Assembly (NCBI GenBank): GCA_020627535.1
Contig: JAHDGU010000001.1
Coordinates: 164,670 to 228,669, forward strand
Length of the DNA stretch: 64,000 nt
Source of the DNA: Saprospiraceae bacterium
GTDB taxonomy: Bacteria; Bacteroidota; Bacteroidia; Chitinophagales; Saprospiraceae
Direction: 5' to 3'
Position numbers and translations under genes: made by a program. The notes under the pieces are model-generated. The model had not been told where the DNA came from and did no database searches. It saw only the letters and a program-made list of their open reading frames with translations. The stretch's first letter is position 1; every line of letters starts with the position of its first letter. Of the stretch, positions 7,540 to 16,196 are shown piece by piece.

Positions 7540-10068
7540 ATGAGATACGCTATTGTTGCTATTTTTCTTGCCTATTTTTCTGACCTCAGTGCTCAAGAAG
7601 AACTGCTTGTTCATCGACTCAATCAAGAGCTTGCTTCAGGAGTTTGCTCAGATTTGCAGTTTGAAGTTTCTTCCTATTACCAGAATTCCAAGAGCAAGAT
7701 CCAATACTTGTATGCCTATCCCTTTATTCAGGGCATACGAATTGCCAATCACCAAGTCCAGTTGGTCGCTGACGAAAAAGGGCAGTTGATTCACAGTCAT
7801 CTTCTCACGTGTGATTGGGATGATTCTCAGTCAGAGCATCTGAGAGGTATGGAAGAGTCTCTGTGGCAATATATCCAGTCGAAAGAGTATGATGTCGATC
7901 TGAGCGCGTATTCAGCTCAGCTTTCACAGGCCAAGTGGGAAGTTGAGAATCCCTCGGAGATCCTAGAGGAGATGCAGGCAGAAAAGGTCTATTATTTGAC
8001 ATCGACAGAAGTACGAGACTCAGACGGGTCTAGTTCTTTGCAATTTTCATTGAGAGCGGCCTACGAAATCCATATTCGTGAAAGCTCAGGAAATCACTGG
8101 TGGAACGCGATCGTGAGTGCTAGCGATGACGAAATTCTGCAAGATCAAGATCTTGTCTTGCACTGTGAGTTTCATCATGTCAAGGCTCCGAATCATGATT
8201 GTGGCCATGATCATTCAGAAAATCTTCAGGCGACGATCCCCAATTCATACAGAGTTCTACCCCTATATGTGGAATCACCATCACACGGTGATTTTACCTT
8301 GGAGGTGGATCCAGCAGATTTGGACGTAAGTCCCCTAGGATGGCATGATGACGGTACGACGAGCTACACGGATACACGGGGCAACAATGTGGACGCCTAC
8401 GAAGATCGAGATGCCAACAATGCTCCTGGATACAGACCAGATGGTGGAGCAGACCTTGAGTTTGATTTCTCTTTTGATCCCAATAGCCCTCCGATCAACA
8501 GTGAGGATGCGATTATCACCAATCTCTTTTATTGGAACAATCTGATGCATGATGTATGGTATCGATATGGTTTTGATGAGGCATCAGGAAACTTCCAAGA
8601 GGACAATTTCGGCAATGGCGGGATAGCAGGAGACTATGTAAGAGCAGAAGCTCAAGATGGATCCGGTACCAATAATGCCAACTTCAGCACACCGACAGAT
8701 GGTGGCAATCCTAGGATGCAGATGTTCCTCTGGACTGGCGTGGCCCAGCTCGAGATTACCAATCCTTCGAGCAGTGCAGGATTCTACAACTACAGCGCAG
8801 CAGGATTTGGCCCGTCAATCAATAGCAATATATCTGGTAACATCATCCTAGCATATGATGCCAATCCGGACAGTTCGCAAGCTTGTGGTGCAATTGTAAA
8901 TAGCGCGGAGGTCAATGGAAATATCGCCTTGGTAGATCGTGGAGCCTGCTTTTTCGAGACCAAGGTCAACAATTGTGAAGCTGCTGGTGCGATCGCTGTC
9001 ATTGTATGTAATAATCAGCCGGGTGCAGGGACATTCGGTATGGGAGGTGTGGATACGATACCTGACCCAGGCATTCCGTCTATAATGATCAGCTACGAGG
9101 ATTGTCAGACTATCCGGATGGATCTTGACAATGGACTGGCCGGGACGATTGAGAGTGAATCCATTGCTTTTGACTCGGATCTAGACAATGGGATTATCTG
9201 CCACGAATACGGGCATGGCATCAGTATACGTTTGACGGGTGGTGCGGGGACCAATAGCTGTCTAGGCTCTGCCGAGCAAATGGGTGAAGGCTGGTCAGAT
9301 TACTTCGGTCTTGTGATGTCCCAAAAGCCTGGTCATACTCACGATCTGCCTCGTGGTATCGGTACCTATGTGCTCGGGCAGGATACACTGGGATCTGGAA
9401 TCAGGCCGGCAGAGTACTGTACGGATTTTGCAGTGAATGACTTTACCTACGACGATATCGACCAGGTCTCTCAGCCACATGGTGTAGGATTTGTCTGGTG
9501 TACCATGATCTGGGATATGACATGGGCACTAGAGAACCACTACGGCTATGAGCCCGATATCTTCAATGATTCTAGTAGTGCTGGGAATATTGTTGCTTAT
9601 CACCTAGTAATGGAAGGACTAAGACTACAGGCATGCAATCCTGGATTTGTGGATGGAAGAGACGCTATATTGATGGCAGATTCGATTCTCTACAACAAGG
9701 AACACGAATGCATCATATGGAATGCGTTTGCACGACGTGGACTAGGCTTTAGTGCAGATCAAGGCTCAGCGAATAATCGGAGCGACGGGGCGGAAGCTTT
9801 TGACCTGCCAACTGGCTGTGATGCTTTGAGCTATGAGGAGCTATTTGTCATTGGTCCCAATCCTTGTGATGGCGACAATCTAGTAATTGAAGATCCCATC
9901 ACGATGGATTCTACTTACAGAGCCAAGTTTTTGATAGAGAGTAATGCCACCATCGGCTCTGGTCTAGATATTATCTATCAAGCTGGGCAGTCGATAGAGC
10001 TAGATACCAATTTTACGGTAACTACTGGTGCCTTGTTTGAGGCGAGGATCGATCCTTGTCAGGATTGA
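7540..10068 (+). CDS. Secreted fungalysin-like (MEROPS M36) zinc metalloprotease with an inserted PA domain
   Basis: Signal peptide MRYAIVAIFLAYFSDLSAQ from the ATG at 7540 (the track ORF begins at an upstream TTG at 7519). Zinc motif HEYGHGIS and downstream GEGWSDY as in fungalysins. PA domain IALVDRGACFFETKVNNCEAAGAIAVIV. The C-terminal approximately 90 aa (...AGQSIELDTNFTVTTGALFEARI) is not a classical T9SS tail. Confidence 0.8.
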   Translation: MRYAIVAIFLAYFSDLSAQEELLVHRLNQELASGVCSDLQFEVSSYYQNSKSKIQYLYAYPFIQGIRIANHQVQLVADEKGQLIHSHLLTCDWDDSQSEHLRGMEESLWQYIQSKEYDVDLSAYSAQLSQAKWEVENPSEILEEMQAEKVYYLTSTEVRDSDGSSSLQFSLRAAYEIHIRESSGNHWWNAIVSASDDEILQDQDLVLHCEFHHVKAPNHDCGHDHSENLQATIPNSYRVLPLYVESPSHGDFTLEVDPADLDVSPLGWHDDGTTSYTDTRGNNVDAYEDRDANNAPGYRPDGGADLEFDFSFDPNSPPINSEDAIITNLFYWNNLMHDVWYRYGFDEASGNFQEDNFGNGGIAGDYVRAEAQDGSGTNNANFSTPTDGGNPRMQMFLWTGVAQLEITNPSSSAGFYNYSAAGFGPSINSNISGNIILAYDANPDSSQACGAIVNSAEVNGNIALVDRGACFFETKVNNCEAAGAIAVIVCNNQPGAGTFGMGGVDTIPDPGIPSIMISYEDCQTIRMDLDNGLAGTIESESIAFDSDLDNGIICHEYGHGISIRLTGGAGTNSCLGSAEQMGEGWSDYFGLVMSQKPGHTHDLPRGIGTYVLGQDTLGSGIRPAEYCTDFAVNDFTYDDIDQVSQPHGVGFVWCTMIWDMTWALENHYGYEPDIFNDSSSAGNIVAYHLVMEGLRLQACNPGFVDGRDAILMADSILYNKEHECIIWNAFARRGLGFSADQGSANNRSDGAEAFDLPTGCDALSYEELFVIGPNPCDGDNLVIEDPITMDSTYRAKFLIESNATIGSGLDIIYQAGQSIELDTNFTVTTGALFEARIDPCQD

Positions 10069-10073
10069 GTATA

Positions 10074-10991
10074 TTATCTATAGAGTTCGAAAATACTCGC
10101 ATCCACCCAGTACAGATCTTGATCACTCGTGTAAAAAAAGTACTTACCATCCGGTGTCACGTAAGGACATAGTTCATGCTTGCTTGTATTGATGAGAGGA
10201 CCCATCGAAACGGCTTCAGACCAGAGGCGATCTTCATTTCTGAAGCTGATGTAGAGATCGCCTTGACCAGAGCCATCTCTCCGTATCGAGCAAAATATGA
10301 GATATGATTCATCAGGTGCCACAAACACATCTGCCTCATACCGCGCTGTATTGATACTGTCGCTCAGTCTCTCAGGTTTTAAAAACTTGTGTCCGTCCCA
10401 CTGGGAGCGATAAATATCCATCGCATAGCTGGGAGCCTCAGGTGCTAGATCTCGAGACGAAAAGTATAGGCTGCCATCACTGGTAAAAGAGCTGTAGTAT
10501 TGGTCAAGATGATTGTTGATAGGAGCACCAAGATTGATGGGATCGGACCAGTGATCTCCTTCTCTGGTAGCGTACCATAGATCGATATCACTTTGCCCCT
10601 CCTTGGCTTCCTTTGGACGATTAGAGATGAAATATAGCCGATCTTCTTGAGGAGAGAGCATCGGGTCATTGTGCCCAAAATTTTCCAGAGCAAAAAGCTG
10701 AGTTTCTTCAGACCAACTGCCTTGAGAAAATCTCCGATGATATATTTCAGTCACACCGTTATTGTCTACGCCGAAGTAGAGGTCTTCTCCATTTTTCGAA
10801 ATGGTGCAGCCAAATTCATATCGATCAGGTAACGAGATGATTCCTGGGGCAAATATCATAGGGGTATCACGTGGAGCAATTTGACCTAAGTATTTTACCT
10901 TCTCTGTTTTGTTATTTTGCTGGACTTGATCTTGACAGCACAATGTTGCTATCATGCCTAGAATTAAAAGAAGGAATAGAGCAACTCTCAT
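10074..10991 (-). CDS. Secreted TolB-like PD40/WD40 beta-propeller repeat protein
   Basis: Signal peptide MRVALFLLLILGMIATLC. Repeated ...DxxPxxSPDGxxLYFxS...-type blades (DPMLSPQEDRLYFISNR, SSFTSDGSLYFSSRD, DVFVAPDESYLIFCS, CPYVTPDGKYFFYTSD). Confidence 0.7.
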   Translation of the reverse strand: MRVALFLLLILGMIATLCCQDQVQQNNKTEKVKYLGQIAPRDTPMIFAPGIISLPDRYEFGCTISKNGEDLYFGVDNNGVTEIYHRRFSQGSWSEETQLFALENFGHNDPMLSPQEDRLYFISNRPKEAKEGQSDIDLWYATREGDHWSDPINLGAPINNHLDQYYSSFTSDGSLYFSSRDLAPEAPSYAMDIYRSQWDGHKFLKPERLSDSINTARYEADVFVAPDESYLIFCSIRRDGSGQGDLYISFRNEDRLWSEAVSMGPLINTSKHELCPYVTPDGKYFFYTSDQDLYWVDASIFELYR

Positions 10992-11003
10992 CTTGGTTTT
11001 GAT

Positions 11004-12164
11004 TTATATTGCAGCAAAGCCCCTCTCCAAATCCTCAATAATCACCTTCACATCCTCCAGCCCAATACTCAAGCGATACAGATTCCAAGGATGCTGCTCC
11101 TCTGCTGGTGCAGACGCATCCCAGAAGGTCACCAGCGGTATGATCAAGGATTCATATCCTCCCCAGCTCACAGCAATCCGAATGTGCTCGAGGGCATCAG
11201 CAAATGCTTCTGCCTCCTCTCGCGTGCCTAGTTGAAGCTCAAAGCTGAAGAGTCCTGTGCTTCCAGACATTTGCTGGCAGGCGAGATCATACTGAGGATG
11301 AGAGGAATGTCCTAGATGGTGCACCGCAGATACCTTCTCATGAGATACAAGGTAGTCTACCACCTTCTCAGTTGTTTCTTGTATCCTTTTCATACGCACA
11401 GGCAAGGTCCTGAGTCCTCTCAGGATCAGACTCGCGTCATGAGGCGACATCACTGCACCAAATGTCATATAGCCCTTGTAGAAGATGTGATCAATGAGCT
11501 CCTTGGATCCCATCACTGCTCCAGCGACCACATCGCTATGACCTGCAATGTACTTGCTGATGCTATGCGTCACAAGATCCACGCCAAGCTCTGCAGGATT
11601 TTGGAAGAGTGGAGTAGCATAGCTATTATCGAGCGTAGTGAGAATGTCATTTTTTTTGGCCCAGTCACAGGCAGCCTTGATGTCTTGCAGATGGAAGTAC
11701 ATGCTATTGGGGCTCTCGAGGATCAGCATGCGTGTGTGATCAGTCTTCGCCGCCATGATTTCTTCCATAGATCGGCCATCGACGAAGCTATGGCTTACGC
11801 CAAAATCCTCAAGAATATTGATCAATAGCTTATTGGTCCATGAGTATGCTCCTTTGACACAAATCACATGGTCACCCGCCTTCAGAAAACTGCAAATCGT
11901 CGCACTGATCGCAGCGATTCCACTGCTGAAGACTAGACAGGACTCCGTCTTCTCCAGAGCGGCAAGTTTTTGACACAATAGCACCTGACTGGGATTGTTC
12001 CCTCTGGTGTAGAGTGTACTATCCGCTTCCGCTAAAAAAGCCAGTCGAAAACTCTCGACACTGTCAAAAGCAAAGTTGCTCGTCTGGTAGATTGGCGGTA
12101 CGATGCTGCCATACGGATCAAGTGCATTTTCCTTAGGATCAAAGAGGCCGGACATAAGATTCAT
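11004..12164 (-). CDS. PLP-dependent trans-sulfuration family enzyme (cystathionine beta-lyase / gamma-synthase / methionine gamma-lyase type)
   Basis: Cys/Met-metabolism PLP fold. Schiff-base lysine context THSISKYIAGHSDVVAG. YTRGNNPS near the N-terminus. Substrate specificity cannot be resolved by eye. Confidence 0.8.
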   Translation of the reverse strand: MNLMSGLFDPKENALDPYGSIVPPIYQTSNFAFDSVESFRLAFLAEADSTLYTRGNNPSQVLLCQKLAALEKTESCLVFSSGIAAISATICSFLKAGDHVICVKGAYSWTNKLLINILEDFGVSHSFVDGRSMEEIMAAKTDHTRMLILESPNSMYFHLQDIKAACDWAKKNDILTTLDNSYATPLFQNPAELGVDLVTHSISKYIAGHSDVVAGAVMGSKELIDHIFYKGYMTFGAVMSPHDASLILRGLRTLPVRMKRIQETTEKVVDYLVSHEKVSAVHHLGHSSHPQYDLACQQMSGSTGLFSFELQLGTREEAEAFADALEHIRIAVSWGGYESLIIPLVTFWDASAPAEEQHPWNLYRLSIGLEDVKVIIEDLERGFAAI

Positions 12165-12201
12165 ATTGTGGAACCTAAATCTAGCAGATTCTCAGGGAAG
12201 G

Positions 12202-12257
12202 GGTGTTGGTTGATAGTTAAGGGTTTCGTGAACCGAGGACCGTGAACCGTGGACCGA
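12202..12257. repeat. Degenerate heptanucleotide tandem array (8 units)
   Basis: GGTGTTG GTTGATA GTTAAGG GTTTCGT GAACCGA GGACCGT GAACCGT GGACCGA. Lies about 40 nt upstream of the start of the 11004-12164 gene. Confidence 0.75.
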
Positions 12258-12524
12258 AGTGATGTTTGCTGAGCGCGCCCGCCTGCCTTTGGTAGGTCTC
12301 GCTAGAGCTTTATGCGTCCTCGTACTGAGAAGGATGAACTGGAGTTGGAACTTGGGACAAACCGTTTCTCGAGTGAGCTAGTCAATCGATGCACAAATTC
12401 ATAAAAGCAATGAATCTCTGCAAAAGCCCTAGAATTCAACGAAGCCAAAGCCCAGCGTATAGCATGCAAGAGGTACGATCAAAAAGCTGCTCTGCGAACG
12501 AACAATCGTGGCACGAATAATAAA

Positions 12525-12594
12525 CAACTGTCACCTGTCAACTATCAACTGTCAACCGCTCGACGGTTTACGGTCCACGGTTCACGGTAAACCT
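12525..12594. repeat. Degenerate heptanucleotide tandem array (10 units)
   Basis: CAACTGT CACCTGT CAACTAT CAACTGT CAACCGC TCGACGG TTTACGG TCCACGG TTCACGG TAAACCT. Ends 3 nt before the GH9 stop codon (12598-12600). Confidence 0.8.
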
Positions 12595-12597
12595 CCC

Positions 12598-15294
12598 TCA
12601 CTCCACCTTCACGATCTTCTGCACACAAAGTGCACTATTGCCAGGGTCATACACCTTCACGAAGAACAATCCATTGCCCAGTAGTTCTGTATTGATATTG
12701 ACCTCTGTTCCTACATTGGGGAGCTCTTGGATGAGTGTACCACTCGCATCCAGTATTTGAAGTCGATATGATGGAAGATCTCCTTGGATCCTGAAGTAGT
12801 TGTCCACAGGATTGGGGAAGACTTCGATGCAGCTAATTGTCGCCTCTATCTGTCTCGAACTGGTAGCAACTTCACTGCAATCATAATCTCCACTGAGTGC
12901 ACCGTAGACGACAGCTGCTGTGACACTGTTTTGGTTGATGGTAAACTCGCCGGTGAGAGGACTTGGGCGCTGTTCGAAGAATCGCTCATGTCCTGGCCAC
13001 TCTTCGATGGCAGGATATACATTTTGATCAGGCCAGTGATGCTCCCAGGGACCGACATTGAAGAGTCCTCCACGTCTCCATGGACCATATGGTACAATAC
13101 CGGCTTTGATTTCGCCTTCTCCCGTAGCCCAGCTATCGAGATGCAGCAGACCTTGAGGGCTTTTTTCGCCGATACCAGTGATCCAAGTCATACCTAGAGG
13201 ATTGGTCCCGAGGAAGTAGTCTGCCGTAGTGTGTATGTACTTGAGGTAGTCAGCTGCCTTGGTAGGATCAGTGCCTTGCAGTATGGCGGACATAAACACT
13301 GCTTCCGCGACAAATGGCGTCGTGCCGTGCCCTACGAGCATAGGGAAGTAGTGGTTCCCTCCCCAGCGACAAGCGCGGAGATCAACATTGTCAAGAATAA
13401 GGAAATCCGCAGTCTGTATCATTTTGTCGCTGACGATCGTGCGTTGACTGGCATCTTGGTTGTCTGCATCGGTCATGAGGTAGATCAGAGCACCGTAGGC
13501 CTGCTCACCTTGGACATTTTCCCAAAACTCGAGCCCCGCCTGATCCCAGCTCTGCTCAAAATCTTGCTGATAGAAATCATTTTCTGTGAGTCTGTAGAGA
13601 GCCGCGGAGGCGAAGCTTCGCTGCCAGATCATCTCGTAGATATGACAAGCAAAGTCAGGGTCATATTGCGCATTGGCCCAGGCATATGCATCGATGGCTT
13701 CTTGCTCCCAGTCGATCTCCTCCGGATCAGTCCAGCCATTAGTCTCTAGGAGGTAGGCGATCTGCGCGGCCACGCCTGCGTAGTAGTAGCTCATGATCGG
13801 ATCAGGAGCGGATACGACCCAGATGCGATCTGTATCTTCCCAGCTGCCTCGGATAATATCATCATCGCCGAGATCGTAGCCCCAGAGATCACCAAATATC
13901 CGTCCACCTGGCACACCTCCTGTCGTGTAGCCTTTCTCCTCTGTTTCTTGCTTGAGATGATAGTAGAATCTCGGCAACCATCTCGCTTCATCAAAGACAT
14001 CTGGTAGTCCATTGCCACTCTCTGCGATCTGTAGCTGGCCATCGACGAAGTTGTCTCCGTACAACTCTAGCAGTATCAGTAGCTCCACAGGGACTTCCAT
14101 ATGTCTGATGTACGCGTCCCAGTCGCCAGCGTCCTGGTACCACCCAGCAGTCTCGATATCTCCGAGGATGCCAGCATCCCAAGTGGCCTTGTCATCCTCT
14201 GAGGCATCCTCGTCTGTCACATCGCAGATAGATACGTCACTATACTTCAGCTGCCCTGCAAATCCGGGTGTCACAGCAGGATTGTGTGGCGCTGGACGTG
14301 TGGCTTCCGTGTGCGGATGATCCAGAGCAATTCCACTGCGCTGATTGTAGAGGCCCTTCATCACCAGTTCGAATGCAGGCCTGAGACCATTGCAAGCAAG
14401 GTCAAACTCATGAGATCTGCCGATACCATCAACCACGAGGTAGTAGGATCCAGGCGTATTGTAAGCACTAAAATCACACTCGTATACCTCAGCACTATTG
14501 AAATTTTGATTCGGGGTTTCATCGCTATCATCGACAAATGTCTCTTGCGTCATCTCATCCTTGCGAAAAGTCAGATTTCCTGTGAAGACTGCATCGCCTG
14601 ATGTCGCATCGATAAGACGAAATTCATTGCCAGCGTAGCTGCTAAGATCCAACTTGCCGCCGTCTCCCATCCAATGATATACGTAGGCATACTTGAGCTC
14701 TGCATTGGTAGAGTAGGCTAGATTGTTGACGTGTATAGCAGGAGAAAGGAAGCTGTTTTCATCATATTTTAAGATCCATTCTGTCTGATCTGGACTGATG
14801 GCTTGATCTATGTTGATCTCGTAGGTCTTACCCGGTTCTAGTGCAATAGGTAGCTCCAGATACAGCCAGTGTTCCTTGGCATGATCAGGCTCTTGATTGG
14901 CACATCCCCAGACACCATAGTAGTCCAGGAGCTCCCAGCCTTGACACACATCTAGGAATTCTGTAGGCTTGCTTTTTCGCGAAAGCGATACTGGACTCTC
15001 CCCACTGCCATAAGCTGCATCATCAGGCGAACTGATCATGTAATTGTTGAGGTCTTCGGCAATGGGTATATCCAGCAGATCTACGAAGATCTCTCCACTA
15101 TTTTTAGGTTCACCGGCTTTGGGCTGTAACACATAGCCTTCATCGACATGGATCAAGAGGATCTTATCTGTGAGCATGGTCAGCTCCACCTCACTTTGGG
15201 CCATGATCTGGTCGGTCAGGCAGGTCAATAGGATAAGGACTAGAGCAGATTGTAGGACTTTCATTGTTGCAAATGATTTGAACTTCACTTGCAT
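12598..15294 (-). CDS. Secreted glycoside hydrolase family 9-like endoglucanase with a T9SS type-A C-terminal sorting domain
   Basis: Signal peptide (an alternative start at 15264 gives MKVLQSALVLILLTCLTDQIMAQ). N-terminal Ig-like region. GH9-type motifs AGWYQDAGDWDAY and ...GEFTINQNS.... The last approximately 80 aa, FPNPVDNYFRIQG...LFFVKVYD..., is a Por/T9SS tail. Confidence 0.7.
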   Translation of the reverse strand: MQVKFKSFATMKVLQSALVLILLTCLTDQIMAQSEVELTMLTDKILLIHVDEGYVLQPKAGEPKNSGEIFVDLLDIPIAEDLNNYMISSPDDAAYGSGESPVSLSRKSKPTEFLDVCQGWELLDYYGVWGCANQEPDHAKEHWLYLELPIALEPGKTYEINIDQAISPDQTEWILKYDENSFLSPAIHVNNLAYSTNAELKYAYVYHWMGDGGKLDLSSYAGNEFRLIDATSGDAVFTGNLTFRKDEMTQETFVDDSDETPNQNFNSAEVYECDFSAYNTPGSYYLVVDGIGRSHEFDLACNGLRPAFELVMKGLYNQRSGIALDHPHTEATRPAPHNPAVTPGFAGQLKYSDVSICDVTDEDASEDDKATWDAGILGDIETAGWYQDAGDWDAYIRHMEVPVELLILLELYGDNFVDGQLQIAESGNGLPDVFDEARWLPRFYYHLKQETEEKGYTTGGVPGGRIFGDLWGYDLGDDDIIRGSWEDTDRIWVVSAPDPIMSYYYAGVAAQIAYLLETNGWTDPEEIDWEQEAIDAYAWANAQYDPDFACHIYEMIWQRSFASAALYRLTENDFYQQDFEQSWDQAGLEFWENVQGEQAYGALIYLMTDADNQDASQRTIVSDKMIQTADFLILDNVDLRACRWGGNHYFPMLVGHGTTPFVAEAVFMSAILQGTDPTKAADYLKYIHTTADYFLGTNPLGMTWITGIGEKSPQGLLHLDSWATGEGEIKAGIVPYGPWRRGGLFNVGPWEHHWPDQNVYPAIEEWPGHERFFEQRPSPLTGEFTINQNSVTAAVVYGALSGDYDCSEVATSSRQIEATISCIEVFPNPVDNYFRIQGDLPSYRLQILDASGTLIQELPNVGTEVNINTELLGNGLFFVKVYDPGNSALCVQKIVKVE

Positions 15295-15406
15295 GACGCA
15301 TTGCTCAGATCATACCCTACGACAAGTCAGGAAAGATTTATTTTTTGATGGAGACCTTGCCTCAAGGATTGATCTAGGCAAAGTAAAACTGCGAAAATGC
15401 TCTGGG

Positions 15407-15958
15407 TTATTTTCCGTGATTCGCCTGCCAGTCTTTGACAATCTGTGGTGGCTCTTCTCCTTCCGCGACAAAGATGAGTGACGCAGAATTCATACAGTAT
15501 CTCAAGCCTGTGGGCTCTGGCCCATCTTTGAAGACATGCCCCAGATGAGATCCACTTCCGCTATCCACTACTTCTATCCTGACCATACCGTAGCTTTTAT
15601 CGACGACCTCGACTACGGCATCTTCCTCAATCGGCTCGTAAAAACTTGGCCAACCAGTACCTGAGCGAAATTTCGTCTCTGAGCTGAATAAGGGCTGACC
15701 AGTGGCAGCAGAGTAGTAAATGCCTTTCTTCTTATTGTCCCAATACTCACCTGTGAATGCACGCTCAGTACCATGCTTGCGCAAAATGTAAAACTGCTCA
15801 TCCGTCAGCTGTTGCTTCCACTCTTCATCCGTCTTTTGGACTGGGTAGTTTGTATGATCATCAGACGAAGTGCTTTTTGTCTGACAAGACACGGGTAAGA
15901 ATGCAAGACAAAGACCAAGAACCAGTGAAAATCTCATAATACGCTTGTTTGACATCAT
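15407..15958 (-). CDS. msrB: Peptide-methionine (R)-S-oxide reductase MsrB, exported/lipoprotein form
   Basis: [20 protein letters not shown] and [21 protein letters not shown] are MsrB hallmarks. The likely start is [26 protein letters not shown] (lipobox-like). The track ORF extends to 16039 through an unlikely N-terminal extension. Confidence 0.9.
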   Translation of the reverse strand: MMSNKRIMRFSLVLGLCLAFLPVSCQTKSTSSDDHTNYPVQKTDEEWKQQLTDEQFYILRKHGTERAFTGEYWDNKKKGIYYSAATGQPLFSSETKFRSGTGWPSFYEPIEEDAVVEVVDKSYGMVRIEVVDSGSGSHLGHVFKDGPEPTGLRYCMNSASLIFVAEGEEPPQIVKDWQANHGK

Positions 15959-16057
15959 AATTCGAAAAACCAAGTTTTTGTTGTCCAGTCCCATGGTAGC
16001 ACCAAGACAAAGTCTCCAATCTATCCATGCTTCGGTCAACGTATTTCAGGTATGGAG

Positions 16058-16120
16058 AAACTATCAACTATCAACCAACAACCAACAACCAGTCCACGGT
16101 CTACGGTCCTCGGTTGACGA
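16058..16120. repeat. Degenerate heptanucleotide tandem array (9 units)
   Basis: AAACTAT CAACTAT CAACCAA CAACCAA CAACCAG TCCACGG TCTACGG TCCTCGG TTGACGA. Lies between the divergent msrB and tail-fibre-like genes. Confidence 0.8.
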
Positions 16121-16196
16121 AACCAAATACCGAACTCGGGGGATTGCGCCCATCTGATTCCACTCAGTTCTTTGCGTCATAAATCAAAGCTACACT

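Noticed and set aside
12268-12300. A shared GC-rich element between 12268-12300 and 18527-18559, treated as a distinct repeat family
   Set aside because: Only an 8-nt core (GGCAGGCG) and a few flanking bases match. This could be chance in GC-rich DNA, so it is mentioned within another finding but not annotated as a feature.
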